A DNA stretch of 64,000 bases, from positions 91,787 to 155,786 of the forward strand of contig JACRJP010000004.1 in assembly GCA_016215455.1 (NCBI GenBank), given 5' to 3'. Position numbers and translations under genes: made by a program. This DNA is from Candidatus Tayloriibacteriota bacterium (GTDB lineage Bacteria; Patescibacteriota; Minisyncoccia; Phycocordibacterales; PALSA-1337). The notes under the pieces are model-generated. The model was not told where the DNA came from, made no database searches, and saw only the letters and a program-made list of their open reading frames with translations. Each line of letters begins with the position of its first letter. Position 1 is the first letter of the stretch. Of this stretch, positions 48,425 to 57,501 are shown in pieces.

Positions 48425-48715
48425 ATTACACAATACTTTACCATTTTTGTGGCTAAAAATAAAGATTTTACAATGCAGACACACCCCAATTCTGTTACTA
48501 TTACAAATATGACTTTCCACACAAAGGAGTCCGAAACTTATTGAGTGATCTTAAAAAATCTCTTTTACGGAAGATGGAAGAGATGACATAACAACCAAGG
48601 GTGAGATGAAGCACTGGCACGTTTTCCATGTAATAGCTCGTAAATACTAGCACCACTGTAGGTTACATTCTTTGCTTCAATTTCATGTGATAAAATATAC
48701 GTAACCACTTTTCCC

Positions 48716-49693
48716 ATGACACCCGAAACCCCTTACGATCTCCCAAAAATTCTTTTTAAGAATACCCCTACCCTTTCTCAACATGAAAAAGATCATGAAT
48801 TCAATGAAAAACGACTCCTTCTCGTCCCTATCATTGAAAAATATCTCACTGAAAATGAACGATTTCGCGATAAAGAGATTAGTGTAAATTTTTCTGAAAA
48901 TGGAGTATCGTCACTTGTAGCAATACTCGAAACACCTGAAGAAAAATTAGTCCTCAAGATTCCTCTCACTCACACACCATCTGAAGGTGAAAATTATTTT
49001 CTACAAACCTGGGAACAATATGGGGTTGTTGTACCTCACGTGATCGAAGAAGGTGATCTTGAAGGTCACCCCTATACCCTCATGCAGCATATCGATGCTC
49101 CAACGTTAGCAACCTCTCACACATATAATGAACTTATCGCGGAAAAGAAATTCGTAAGTATTGGCCAAACACTACGTATGATGCATATACCCCAAACAGA
49201 AGGATATGGACGTGTGTACAATGGACAAGCTGAACATACTACATTCGAAGAATGGCTTCAAGGCACTCAGATCCAGGAAAAAATCAACTACACAAGAGAA
49301 CACAAACTACTTGCTGAACAAGAAGAGTTTCTTCCTCATGCATATACACTACTCACCAATCACACTCTAACAGAAAAACACAGCAGACTATGCCACAATG
49401 ATTTTGCTGCCTATAATATTTTCGACACAGAGCCTCTGACCGTATTCGACCCAGACCCTCGACTTAATAATAACTATATTGATCTTGGTCGTAGTATTGT
49501 GATTGCAATAGCCCATAGCGGACTATCGGAAACAGCTGAACAACTCATCGAAGGATACTTCGGTACTGACGTCCCTGATATGGAGATACTCAGAGCATCA
49601 ATTCTTCTTAACAGTTGTATAAAATTCCCTCAGTGGCATGCAACAGGAAAATTAAAAAATATCCAACGAGTACTCGATTATTTGCGTGCGTAA
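48716..49693 (+). CDS. phosphotransferase (APH/choline-kinase-like) family protein
   Basis: Brenner motif LCHNDFAAYNIF and downstream D-x-D/G. Confidence 0.6.
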   Translation: MTPETPYDLPKILFKNTPTLSQHEKDHEFNEKRLLLVPIIEKYLTENERFRDKEISVNFSENGVSSLVAILETPEEKLVLKIPLTHTPSEGENYFLQTWEQYGVVVPHVIEEGDLEGHPYTLMQHIDAPTLATSHTYNELIAEKKFVSIGQTLRMMHIPQTEGYGRVYNGQAEHTTFEEWLQGTQIQEKINYTREHKLLAEQEEFLPHAYTLLTNHTLTEKHSRLCHNDFAAYNIFDTEPLTVFDPDPRLNNNYIDLGRSIVIAIAHSGLSETAEQLIEGYFGTDVPDMEILRASILLNSCIKFPQWHATGKLKNIQRVLDYLRA

Positions 49694-49813
49694 GGTATTT
49701 TTATTACCTCCCCTCACCTATTCTTTACATAGCAATTTAAGAAATTGTATAAATTGCTTTTCTTGATGGTACATGTAATATCATGTCTAGACCTTTAACA
49801 CGTGAGGTGATAC

Positions 49814-50296
49814 ATGCAACCAACATTAGATTCGATTCGACACGTCTTTTTTGAGGCGATGGCAAGCGGCTGGGCACAAGATGTTCAGCTAACCACGATA
49901 TCAGGATTTCCTGGCTCAAAAGCAATCTCTTTCGCTCTTGGAGAATTTCGACTGATCGACTGCTACATGGTTACTCCGCATTCTGAAAAAAGCGCAGGTG
50001 TAACCACAATCTGGCATCTGGACCAGCCGGTCTGGATCATGCATTATGGCGGCTGGTATGCAAAGCTGGCCATCCCCTTTCTCAAGGCATGCTTGCATCG
50101 GGCATATGTCGAAGAACGCCATTTTTACGGCGGTCGCGGACCAGACTTTGTTCGTGACGAGCGATTCGTGTATGTGAATCGAATCGAACGTAACGATTTT
50201 GGAGATTTTGCGGGCGAAGAGAGAATCTTCGACCTCAGTGAGCAGTGCTTTGGTTACCACTGGTATCGAGGGATGTCACTTACCAACAGCAGGTAG
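49814..50296 (+). CDS. hypothetical protein (G+C-rich)
   Basis: 160 aa with SD GAGGTGA 5 nt upstream. Confidence 0.45.
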   Translation: MQPTLDSIRHVFFEAMASGWAQDVQLTTISGFPGSKAISFALGEFRLIDCYMVTPHSEKSAGVTTIWHLDQPVWIMHYGGWYAKLAIPFLKACLHRAYVEERHFYGGRGPDFVRDERFVYVNRIERNDFGDFAGEERIFDLSEQCFGYHWYRGMSLTNSR

Positions 50297-50323
50297 TGGA
50301 ACCTAGCACCTTCAATTGACTCA

Positions 50324-50356
50324 AGCCGTCCGGCAACCCTGGACGGCTCTTTTTAT
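50324..50356 (+). terminator. rho-independent terminator
   Basis: AGCCGTCC-ggcaaccct-GGACGGCT followed by CTTTTTAT. Confidence 0.6.
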
Positions 50357-50385
50357 ACACCAACTATCATGCTACGATTGCCACA

Positions 50386-50883
50386 ATGGAAACTAAAAAA
50401 GCTTTAGGTGTTGATATTGGTAATGTCATCATCAACAATCGTCTCAATGATCCCGAAGTCAACAAAGTAGACGAAAATGTATACGCAGCCTTCCCTCCTT
50501 CAGAGGGAGTATTCGATGCATTAAAAACTCTCAATCAATATTTTGATGGTGAAGTCTACTTACTCTCAAAATGTACTGAATGGGCACAGGAACAAATCTT
50601 GCTATGGCTTACAGCGCATGATTTCTATACCAAAACAGGAATCATGGAACATAATGTTCACTTTGTACGACAACGACATGAAAAAGACGGTGTTTGTCGA
50701 AAATTAGGCATCACTCACTTCATCGATGATCGACTTGAAGTTTTAAGTCATATGATTGAATCAACTCCCCACCTCATTCTCTTTCAACCCAACAATGAAG
50801 AGGTGAAAGAATTTGAACAATTCCTTCCAAAAGTTACGGTAGCTACTACCTGGACTGAGGTAGTTAAGAAAATTACTACATAA
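50386..50883 (+). CDS. hypothetical protein (possible degenerate HAD-like nucleotidase fold)
   Basis: LGVDIGNVII aligns where the HAD DxDG motif sits, but the second Asp is lost. Weak. Confidence 0.4.
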   Translation: METKKALGVDIGNVIINNRLNDPEVNKVDENVYAAFPPSEGVFDALKTLNQYFDGEVYLLSKCTEWAQEQILLWLTAHDFYTKTGIMEHNVHFVRQRHEKDGVCRKLGITHFIDDRLEVLSHMIESTPHLILFQPNNEEVKEFEQFLPKVTVATTWTEVVKKITT

Positions 50884-50890
50884 CACACAA

Positions 50891-51280
50891 CTATCCCTGA
50901 AACTCGATTTCAAACGGATACATTCCCATTCCGCACGAACCCTGAAGTGTACCGAGCTTGCCGTCGCCAATATCAATATCAGTTATTCCAGACTGAGGCA
51001 GGACCCTACTGATATTCATACTTGGAATTCTCACCGATGATGAACAATCAAAAGTTCCCTTTGTAACGAATCGAATAACAGTTGGGATACCAGCCTTAGC
51101 ACTACTCTTTCGAGGTTGATACCCACCTCGAGCCGTGATTTCGATAATCTGCTTCCCATCAACAATACTGACATTGTTTGCAGACACCGTCTGTCCAAGA
51201 TCATTACGACCATTCGTGAGTAAAAAAGCCCCTCCGATGAGAATCACTGCTACTACAATTGAGATGGTAATTGCTTTCAT
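50891..51280 (-). CDS. cupredoxin-like secreted/membrane-anchored protein
   Basis: N-terminal TM; C-terminal GSCGMGM Cys/Met cluster typical of Cupredoxin_1-type copper-binding domains in cop operons. Confidence 0.45.
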   Translation of the reverse strand: MKAITISIVVAVILIGGAFLLTNGRNDLGQTVSANNVSIVDGKQIIEITARGGYQPRKSSAKAGIPTVIRFVTKGTFDCSSSVRIPSMNISRVLPQSGITDIDIGDGKLGTLQGSCGMGMYPFEIEFQG

Positions 51281-51294
51281 TGTTCTTAAGTATA

Positions 51295-52314
51295 CTAGAA
51301 ATTAAACAGGGGCGGTATGAGTCCAATCACGACCAAGCTATTGATAAGATTAAAGAGGGCAAACATGATCACAATCAGTCCAGCAGTCTTGAAAAAGATT
51401 CCAGCCTTTGAACTTTTTTGGATACTAAATGAACTGAAACTAATAAGTGCCAGAACTGGGAGCGTGCCGAGTGCGAACGCAAGCATTGTAAGCCCTCCCT
51501 GCACAAAAGAACCTGTGGTGAGAGTGTAGAGCTGCATTGATTGTGTAAATCCGCATGGTAAGAAAAATGTAGCAATACCAACAAGGAGTGGTGTGAGTGT
51601 GTGATTAAATTTCGACACACCATGAGCATGCTTCGCAATAAACTTCGGCATTGATGGCTGTAACTTTTTTGCCCAATGGAATGTATCAAGAAGATTAATA
51701 CCGAGAATGAGCATAACAATACCGATAATGAAGCTTAGGATAAAAGTAGCCGATGTATTAAGTGTGAATGCTGATCCAATAGCACCTATCACTCCTCCGA
51801 GAATAAAGAATGCGACTATTCTACCACCATGGAACATAAGCTGGGGTCGTACTTTATCACCTTCTTTTGCAAAAGTTGCCGACATTGAAAGCACAAGTCC
51901 ACCAACCACCGCCATACATGTTGAAAGCGAAGCAATAATCCCTACTACAAACGCTGTCCCATACGTAACATTACCCGCACTCACAAGATTCACTATTCCC
52001 ATCTTTTGAAGTGCTACAAAGAGAACCACGAAACCTAACGCTATAGGGACCGCTATGTTAAAATCACTCCATTTTGTAGTATGTTGTTGTGTTGCAACTG
52101 ACACAGTATACCCATGAACCTTCAGTGGTAGAGAAAGTTCGTCTGCAATCTGTTCTGGTGTTGTATCACCAAAATCTCCAGTAACTTCTACTGAATGATT
52201 CTTTAAACTCGACTTTACATGAGTAATATTTGAGAGTTCACCTAATTCACTTTCGATCATAAGTACACAAGCATTGCAGTGCATACCATGTACATGAAAA
52301 ATATGTTTTTGCAT
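51295..52314 (-). CDS. HMA domain fused to DsbD_2/CcdA-like transmembrane thiol-disulfide transporter
   Basis: N-terminal GMHCNACV metal-binding motif; 6-8 TM helices with LSTC and LPCG Cys motifs. Confidence 0.6.
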   Translation of the reverse strand: MQKHIFHVHGMHCNACVLMIESELGELSNITHVKSSLKNHSVEVTGDFGDTTPEQIADELSLPLKVHGYTVSVATQQHTTKWSDFNIAVPIALGFVVLFVALQKMGIVNLVSAGNVTYGTAFVVGIIASLSTCMAVVGGLVLSMSATFAKEGDKVRPQLMFHGGRIVAFFILGGVIGAIGSAFTLNTSATFILSFIIGIVMLILGINLLDTFHWAKKLQPSMPKFIAKHAHGVSKFNHTLTPLLVGIATFFLPCGFTQSMQLYTLTTGSFVQGGLTMLAFALGTLPVLALISFSSFSIQKSSKAGIFFKTAGLIVIMFALFNLINSLVVIGLIPPLFNF

Positions 52315-52319
52315 ATCAA

Positions 52320-54569
52320 TTATAATTTTTTAGCTTTAATACGAAGTGAATTTGATACGACCGATACCGACGACATCGCCATAGCAAATCCTGCAAATAT
52401 AGGGTTTAATAGCCATCCGAAAAACGGATACAAAGCTCCAGCAGCGAGTGGTATACCAACTATGTTGTAGATAAATGCCCAAAAAAGATTCTGTTTGATT
52501 CCTCGCATAGTAATCTTTGAAAGCTTAATTGCCTTAACAAGCTTTGAAATATCGCCACCAAGAAGTGTGATACCTGCGGATTCAATCGCCACATCAGTTC
52601 CAGTCCCCATAGCGATCCCGACATCAGCTTGAGCAAGTGCAGGAGCATCATTTACTCCGTCACCGGCCATAGCGACCACTCGACCTTGTGATTGAAGATC
52701 CTGAATTTTCTTCAGCTTATCTTGTGGAAGAACGTGAGCAACAACATCATCGATACCGACGAGGGATGCAATGTATTTTGCAACTTTCTCATCGTCGCCA
52801 GTAAGCATGACCACTTTAATGCCAAGTGCGTGGAGATTCTTAATCGCCTCGATGGATTCAGCCTTTACCTCATCAGCAACCATCACAAAACCAAGAACCT
52901 TTTCTTTATTAGCAAGAATGACCGGCGTTTTTCCTTGAGAAGTAAACTCATCAAGCTTTGTGGTATCGAAAGAAAGTCCAAGATCACGTATGAGCTTTAC
53001 ATTACCAACAAAGTATTCCGTACCACCAATCATTCCCTTGAGACCCTTACCTTGTATACCTTCGAAATTTGAAACATCTGATGTGAAAATATTTTTCTCT
53101 TGTGCATACTTCACAATTGCATGTGCGATGGGATGCTCTGATTTCTTTTCAAGTGAAGCGAGTATTGAGACAAGCTCTTCATCTTTTAAATCAGAGAGAT
53201 TCTGTATATCAACAAGAGTTGGTTTGCCTTTAGTGATCGTTCCTGTCTTATCCACCACCACAGTGTTCACCTTATGAAGCTTTTCAAGTGTAGCTGCATC
53301 TTTAATAAGAATACCTTCTTTGGCTCCTTTGCCGACCCCCACAATGATAGCCGTTGGTGTTGCAAGACCAAGAGCACACGGACAGGCGATGACAAGAATT
53401 CCCACAAATGATACAAGACCAAAAGAAAGCGCTTGAGGAAAGCCCAAGTACTGAGAGCCAATCATAAGCCAAGCTCCGAGAGTGAGGAAAGCAATTACCA
53501 AAACTATAGGTACAAAGATTGATGATATTTTATCCGCCAATGCTTGAATAGGTGCTTTACTACCCTGAGCATCCTCAACCATCTGTATAATCTGTGCAAG
53601 AAGTGTTTCAGATCCAACTTTTGTTGCCGTAAATGTAAATGAACCACTTGTATTAAGCGTTCCAGATACAACACCGTCTCCAATCTTTTTCTGTGCAGGC
53701 ATTGGTTCTCCTGTAACCATTGATTCATCAATAAATGAAGTTCCTTCAGTAATTACGCCATCAACAGGAATCTTTGCACCTGGTTTTACAATAATGAGAT
53801 CCCCGTGCTTCACTTCATTAACTGAAATCTCTATTTCCTTTCCTTCTCGAATAACCAAAGCAGTCTTTGCTTGAAGATTAAGAAGTTTTTCAATAGCATC
53901 ACCAGTTTTTTTCTTTGATCTAATTTCTAAATATTTTCCAAGAGTAATAAAACCAATTACAACTATGGTTACATCAAAATAGGTGTATTCGGGCACCTTA
54001 AGTAAAATACCCAGAAACGGAATGAGGGTAAGGGCGATACTGTATACGTATGCGGCGAGAGTACCAAGACCGATAAGAGTATCCATGTTTGCGACCCCAT
54101 GTCGGATAAATCTTGTTACTCCAAGTAAATATGGTTTGCCAACCCAGAATAAGGCGACTGTCGCAAGTATCATGCCAATCGTATTAAATAGCGACATCGG
54201 TATGGGAAGATTCGGTACTCCTACAAATATTTTTGAAGCAATATCCCACATCATGAGAGCAAATACCGCAAACGTAACAGGCAACATAAACTCTGTCTTA
54301 TGTTTGAGTTCCTCTAGAGTGTTCTCCTGTGTATTTACATGATCATGTTCAGACTTTTCAGTTGTCGATAGTGAATACCCTAGTTTACCTATTGCATCAT
54401 TCATAGCATTAATCGAAACGTGTTCGTGATCGTATTCTACTTTTGCTTTTTCAGTTCCATAGTTAACTGCAACGGATTTTATGTGAGGAAGAGCAGACAG
54501 CTGTTTTGTAATCACAGATGCACAACTCGCACAATGCATTCCCTCTATTTTAAAAGTTTGAGTAGTCAT
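52320..54569 (-). CDS. copA: copper-translocating P1B-type ATPase
   Basis: N-terminal HMA GMHCASCA; CPC (IACPCALGLATP), DKTGT, GDGVNDAPAL. Confidence 0.9.
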   Translation of the reverse strand: MTTQTFKIEGMHCASCASVITKQLSALPHIKSVAVNYGTEKAKVEYDHEHVSINAMNDAIGKLGYSLSTTEKSEHDHVNTQENTLEELKHKTEFMLPVTFAVFALMMWDIASKIFVGVPNLPIPMSLFNTIGMILATVALFWVGKPYLLGVTRFIRHGVANMDTLIGLGTLAAYVYSIALTLIPFLGILLKVPEYTYFDVTIVVIGFITLGKYLEIRSKKKTGDAIEKLLNLQAKTALVIREGKEIEISVNEVKHGDLIIVKPGAKIPVDGVITEGTSFIDESMVTGEPMPAQKKIGDGVVSGTLNTSGSFTFTATKVGSETLLAQIIQMVEDAQGSKAPIQALADKISSIFVPIVLVIAFLTLGAWLMIGSQYLGFPQALSFGLVSFVGILVIACPCALGLATPTAIIVGVGKGAKEGILIKDAATLEKLHKVNTVVVDKTGTITKGKPTLVDIQNLSDLKDEELVSILASLEKKSEHPIAHAIVKYAQEKNIFTSDVSNFEGIQGKGLKGMIGGTEYFVGNVKLIRDLGLSFDTTKLDEFTSQGKTPVILANKEKVLGFVMVADEVKAESIEAIKNLHALGIKVVMLTGDDEKVAKYIASLVGIDDVVAHVLPQDKLKKIQDLQSQGRVVAMAGDGVNDAPALAQADVGIAMGTGTDVAIESAGITLLGGDISKLVKAIKLSKITMRGIKQNLFWAFIYNIVGIPLAAGALYPFFGWLLNPIFAGFAMAMSSVSVVSNSLRIKAKKL

Positions 54570-54574
54570 ATTTC

Positions 54575-55135
54575 TTATATGTTATACCAACTACTTCTAA
54601 TACCTTTTAAAGTCGTTATACCATTTGTCAAAAATGCTTCGACCGCATCTGCATTATTGAGGATTTCAGCACGACTTGATTTTTCTCTCGTCTCTTTTGT
54701 CATTACAATTCCATCTTCATGATGAGCGATAATGGCATTCAAAAATCTTAAATCAAATTTCTCATCTGCAGGACCGAGGTTTGCTACAATAGGATCACGA
54801 ACAGTTTTTGTGTCGCTATACCATTCTTTCTTCCATTCATATAGCTCAACGATAGCTTTTGGCTCATCTGCAAGAATATTTTGTGCAAGAGTCTTCATTT
54901 CAGGACGTGAAGTGTTTTTTGAAAGTTGTTCGGCAAGAAGCATTGCACCTCTGTGGTGTGCAATCATGGCATTTATATATCGAAGATCAAAAGTCCTATC
55001 TGCCTGTCCGAGACTCATATTGTTCTTTTCATACATTGATAGTCTATATTCGGGTGTGATGTAGTATCCAAAAGCGATACCCAGAACAGTACCAGTAACT
55101 ACTAAACCTAATGCTAAGTATATTGATATTTTCAT
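54575..55135 (-). CDS. DUF305-domain protein (copper-resistance associated)
   Basis: Duplicated IAHHxxAxxM-type motifs (YINAMIAHHRGA / FLNAIIAHHEDG) after a signal/TM. Confidence 0.75.
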   Translation of the reverse strand: MKISIYLALGLVVTGTVLGIAFGYYITPEYRLSMYEKNNMSLGQADRTFDLRYINAMIAHHRGAMLLAEQLSKNTSRPEMKTLAQNILADEPKAIVELYEWKKEWYSDTKTVRDPIVANLGPADEKFDLRFLNAIIAHHEDGIVMTKETREKSSRAEILNNADAVEAFLTNGITTLKGIRSSWYNI

Positions 55136-55141
55136 ATTATT

Positions 55142-55414
55142 TTATTTTCTTTTTAATTTATAGACCTTAAGAACTTCGCTTTTTGCTTTGTCGACTTGAC
55201 CTGAAGACATCTGATGATGAACACAGTGACCTAGGTGATTCTCCATCAACACGTCCTCAACAGAAGAAAGACTTTGTTTGACTGCTGATGTTTGAGTAAT
55301 AATGTCGATACAGTACTTCTCATCTTCAACCATTTTTTGAAGTCCTCTAATCTGTCCCTCAACAATTTTTAATCGACGAATAGCTTTTGATTTGATATCT
55401 TGTCTCATACCCAC
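55142..55414 (-). CDS. csoR: CsoR/RcnR-family metal-sensing transcriptional repressor
   Basis: 90 aa with the conserved C...H...C metal ligands (YCIDII...HLGHCVHH). Confidence 0.8.
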   Translation of the reverse strand: MGMRQDIKSKAIRRLKIVEGQIRGLQKMVEDEKYCIDIITQTSAVKQSLSSVEDVLMENHLGHCVHHQMSSGQVDKAKSEVLKVYKLKRK

Positions 55415-55423
55415 ATGATACCC

Positions 55424-55897
55424 CTAGGGGGTATTAGAGTCAAGTCTAGATTTCGTAGTAATAGTCTTTTCAAAATAAGTTGCAACAATAGAAGTCGCAC
55501 CGAAGAAAAAGATGATTAAAAGACCCATAAAAACACCTCCAGCGATGTCATCCTTACCCCGTTGAAATATAAAGAGATATATTTCTCCTACAACAGCAAA
55601 GCCAACGAGAGATGTTGCACAGTATCGTATGATCCGAGTAGCTTTCATACCTGCTACTGAAAACAGTGTGTTGTGTCGAATATATCCAAGTAATAGAAAC
55701 TTTTGATACAACATCATAAAGAATGGAATAGACGCTATGTATGCACATAGTAAAAAAGGATCATTAAAATACACTTCAAAGAATGTGGCGTGTACATTCC
55801 TTCCTTCAAGATGAGGTTCATAGAGCATGAATATAAAGGCACTAATACCAATACCTATCAAAGCTACTTGGGACAATAATACGAGAATTCTCTTCAT
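55424..55897 (-). CDS. membrane protein (hypothetical), first gene of the cop operon
   Basis: 157 aa with 4 TM helices. Confidence 0.4.
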   Translation of the reverse strand: MKRILVLLSQVALIGIGISAFIFMLYEPHLEGRNVHATFFEVYFNDPFLLCAYIASIPFFMMLYQKFLLLGYIRHNTLFSVAGMKATRIIRYCATSLVGFAVVGEIYLFIFQRGKDDIAGGVFMGLLIIFFFGATSIVATYFEKTITTKSRLDSNTP

Positions 55898-55916
55898 AAT
55901 TTCATAATATCATAAT

Positions 55917-55945
55917 TTGACAAAATATTATGTTTATCGTAATTT
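55917..55945 (+). promoter_or_regulatory. sigma70-like promoter (TTGACA-N17-TAATTT)
   Basis: TTGACA at 55917-22, spacer 17, TAATTT at 55940-45. Confidence 0.5.
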
Positions 55946-55979
55946 GTTTTTAGAACACTTCACAGAACCACATATTCCC

Positions 55980-56339
55980 ATGTACGAAGGACACACCACA
56001 CCAGAGAACGTCGCTCTAGCAGAACGTTTAATGGATGACTATCATTCAATGGAACTCCCGGCGGAGCCGATTCCTTGGAAAGAAGCGAGTGAATTTCAAC
56101 ATCGTTGTCATCTATGTAGCCATTTCGCTTCTAGCACGGACCGAAGACCAGCACACCCAGAGAACGGGAACATCTTTAATCTCACTCATCTCTGCCTTAG
56201 ATGCGGTCGCCGATGGTGGCAATACAATAGCGTCTATCACCTCTGGCAACACGTGACAGACCCCGTTGAGTGGGATACTCTTCGCAGGCAGCAAATCATG
56301 CTCAATGGAGGTTTTGGTCTTCCCGGAGCAGATCAGTAG
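55980..56339 (+). CDS. hypothetical protein with CxxC...CxxC zinc-ribbon-like motif (G+C-rich)
   Basis: CHLCSHF...CLRCGRRWW. Start reset to the first ATG downstream of the promoter; the track ORF starts at 55917 inside the -35 box. Confidence 0.4.
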   Translation: MYEGHTTPENVALAERLMDDYHSMELPAEPIPWKEASEFQHRCHLCSHFASSTDRRPAHPENGNIFNLTHLCLRCGRRWWQYNSVYHLWQHVTDPVEWDTLRRQQIMLNGGFGLPGADQ

Positions 56340-56495
56340 CTCATTCTGCAACTTGATTTTTTATTATCGACACAAGTTGCCATACTTCTCCCATAAATAC
56401 CACTGATACAAATTACAAATTGGTTTGCATGAATAGTGGGTGTTGTAAATAAAAAGTCTCGAGACAGTGCCCGAGAACACTAGCGAGGAAGTAGC

Positions 56496-57320
56496 TCACT
56501 CCGGCGCAGGAGAACCTCCGTTCTTCTTGCCGATGTCAGACCGTGCCGCCGCAGAAACAATCGCAGCCCGTTCTTTGTTGGTAATCACACCTCCAGAGTT
56601 GAGATAGTTTGCGAGATCCGTCACGCATGACACGTAATCGCCATGATTGGCAACACCGACCGCACACTGGTCGATGAGGTCTTGCACTGTTGCGCCGCCG
56701 GAACCGACGACCACTTGAATCGTCACGCTCGCGAGTCGCACACCACCAGAACCGGCGCCCTTCTCTACCGCATACAGCGTGTAGTCATAGGTAGCGTTCT
56801 GCGTGGGATTAAGCCCGTAGACCGCGAACCCGATGTTCTGCGACTGTTGGACGATGTTGTAGGTATTCGCCAGCACCGTCTGATCTCCGGCTTCGATGCC
56901 GCCACCATTAGGCGTCGCGTCGTTGCCGAAGGAGTTGTCGGTCCAGGTCGTGAGAACGTTGAGTGCGTTGTAATTGACACCCACCGAGGGATCGAGATCG
57001 ACCAGAAGATAGTAGTCGAGCTGGCCGACCGGTCCGTTTCCGGTCCGGATCGAAAACTCGAAATTCCAAGCAGCACGAGTTATGCTCGAAGGAGCAAAGC
57101 CGACTGGCATGTAATACGTATCGTCAACGTGGGTGGTGTCCCCTGTCGTGCGATTCTTAGCGCGCAAAGCGACGGTGACGTCGTTCTGAGTTTCGGCGTT
57201 CCAACCGACATCAGGGTTCCCACCACCGAAAATTGCCGTGATCACGGCATTGAAGTCGATGGCAAAGGCCGCTGAGGTGGAGACGAGTGCTGCAATGAGC
57301 ACTGAGGTGAGACGCTTCAT
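56496..57320 (-). CDS. secreted hypothetical protein (markedly G+C-rich)
   Basis: Signal peptide MKRLTSVLIAALVSTSAAFA. Gly/Thr/Asn-rich mature part; G+C by eye is far above the flanks. Confidence 0.5.
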   Translation of the reverse strand: MKRLTSVLIAALVSTSAAFAIDFNAVITAIFGGGNPDVGWNAETQNDVTVALRAKNRTTGDTTHVDDTYYMPVGFAPSSITRAAWNFEFSIRTGNGPVGQLDYYLLVDLDPSVGVNYNALNVLTTWTDNSFGNDATPNGGGIEAGDQTVLANTYNIVQQSQNIGFAVYGLNPTQNATYDYTLYAVEKGAGSGGVRLASVTIQVVVGSGGATVQDLIDQCAVGVANHGDYVSCVTDLANYLNSGGVITNKERAAIVSAAARSDIGKKNGGSPAPE

Positions 57321-57501
57321 AGACGTTTATAGACTGTGTGTTTCTGTATGCCGTACTACTCACTCTACTTGTTGCAATGAGCAAACGGTCCAAAACAAAA
57401 TTATCACACAAAATACAATCTGTCGAGATTTACCTATGAAATACTTAGATTCAGGGTTATGATATGCTCAATGTATGAGAACAATAAAGTAATATATCGC
57501 T

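Noticed and set aside
48425-48520. GTG-initiated 32-aa N-terminal extension of the RM enzyme
   Set aside because: Low-complexity Cys/Phe/Ile-rich peptide from A+T-rich DNA. The conserved nuclease domain begins at the ATG at 48424.
57211-57500. Possible consensus promoter for the G+C-rich secreted protein gene 56496..57320
   Set aside because: The reverse complement of the upstream region shows TTGCAA but no correctly spaced -10, so it was not reported.
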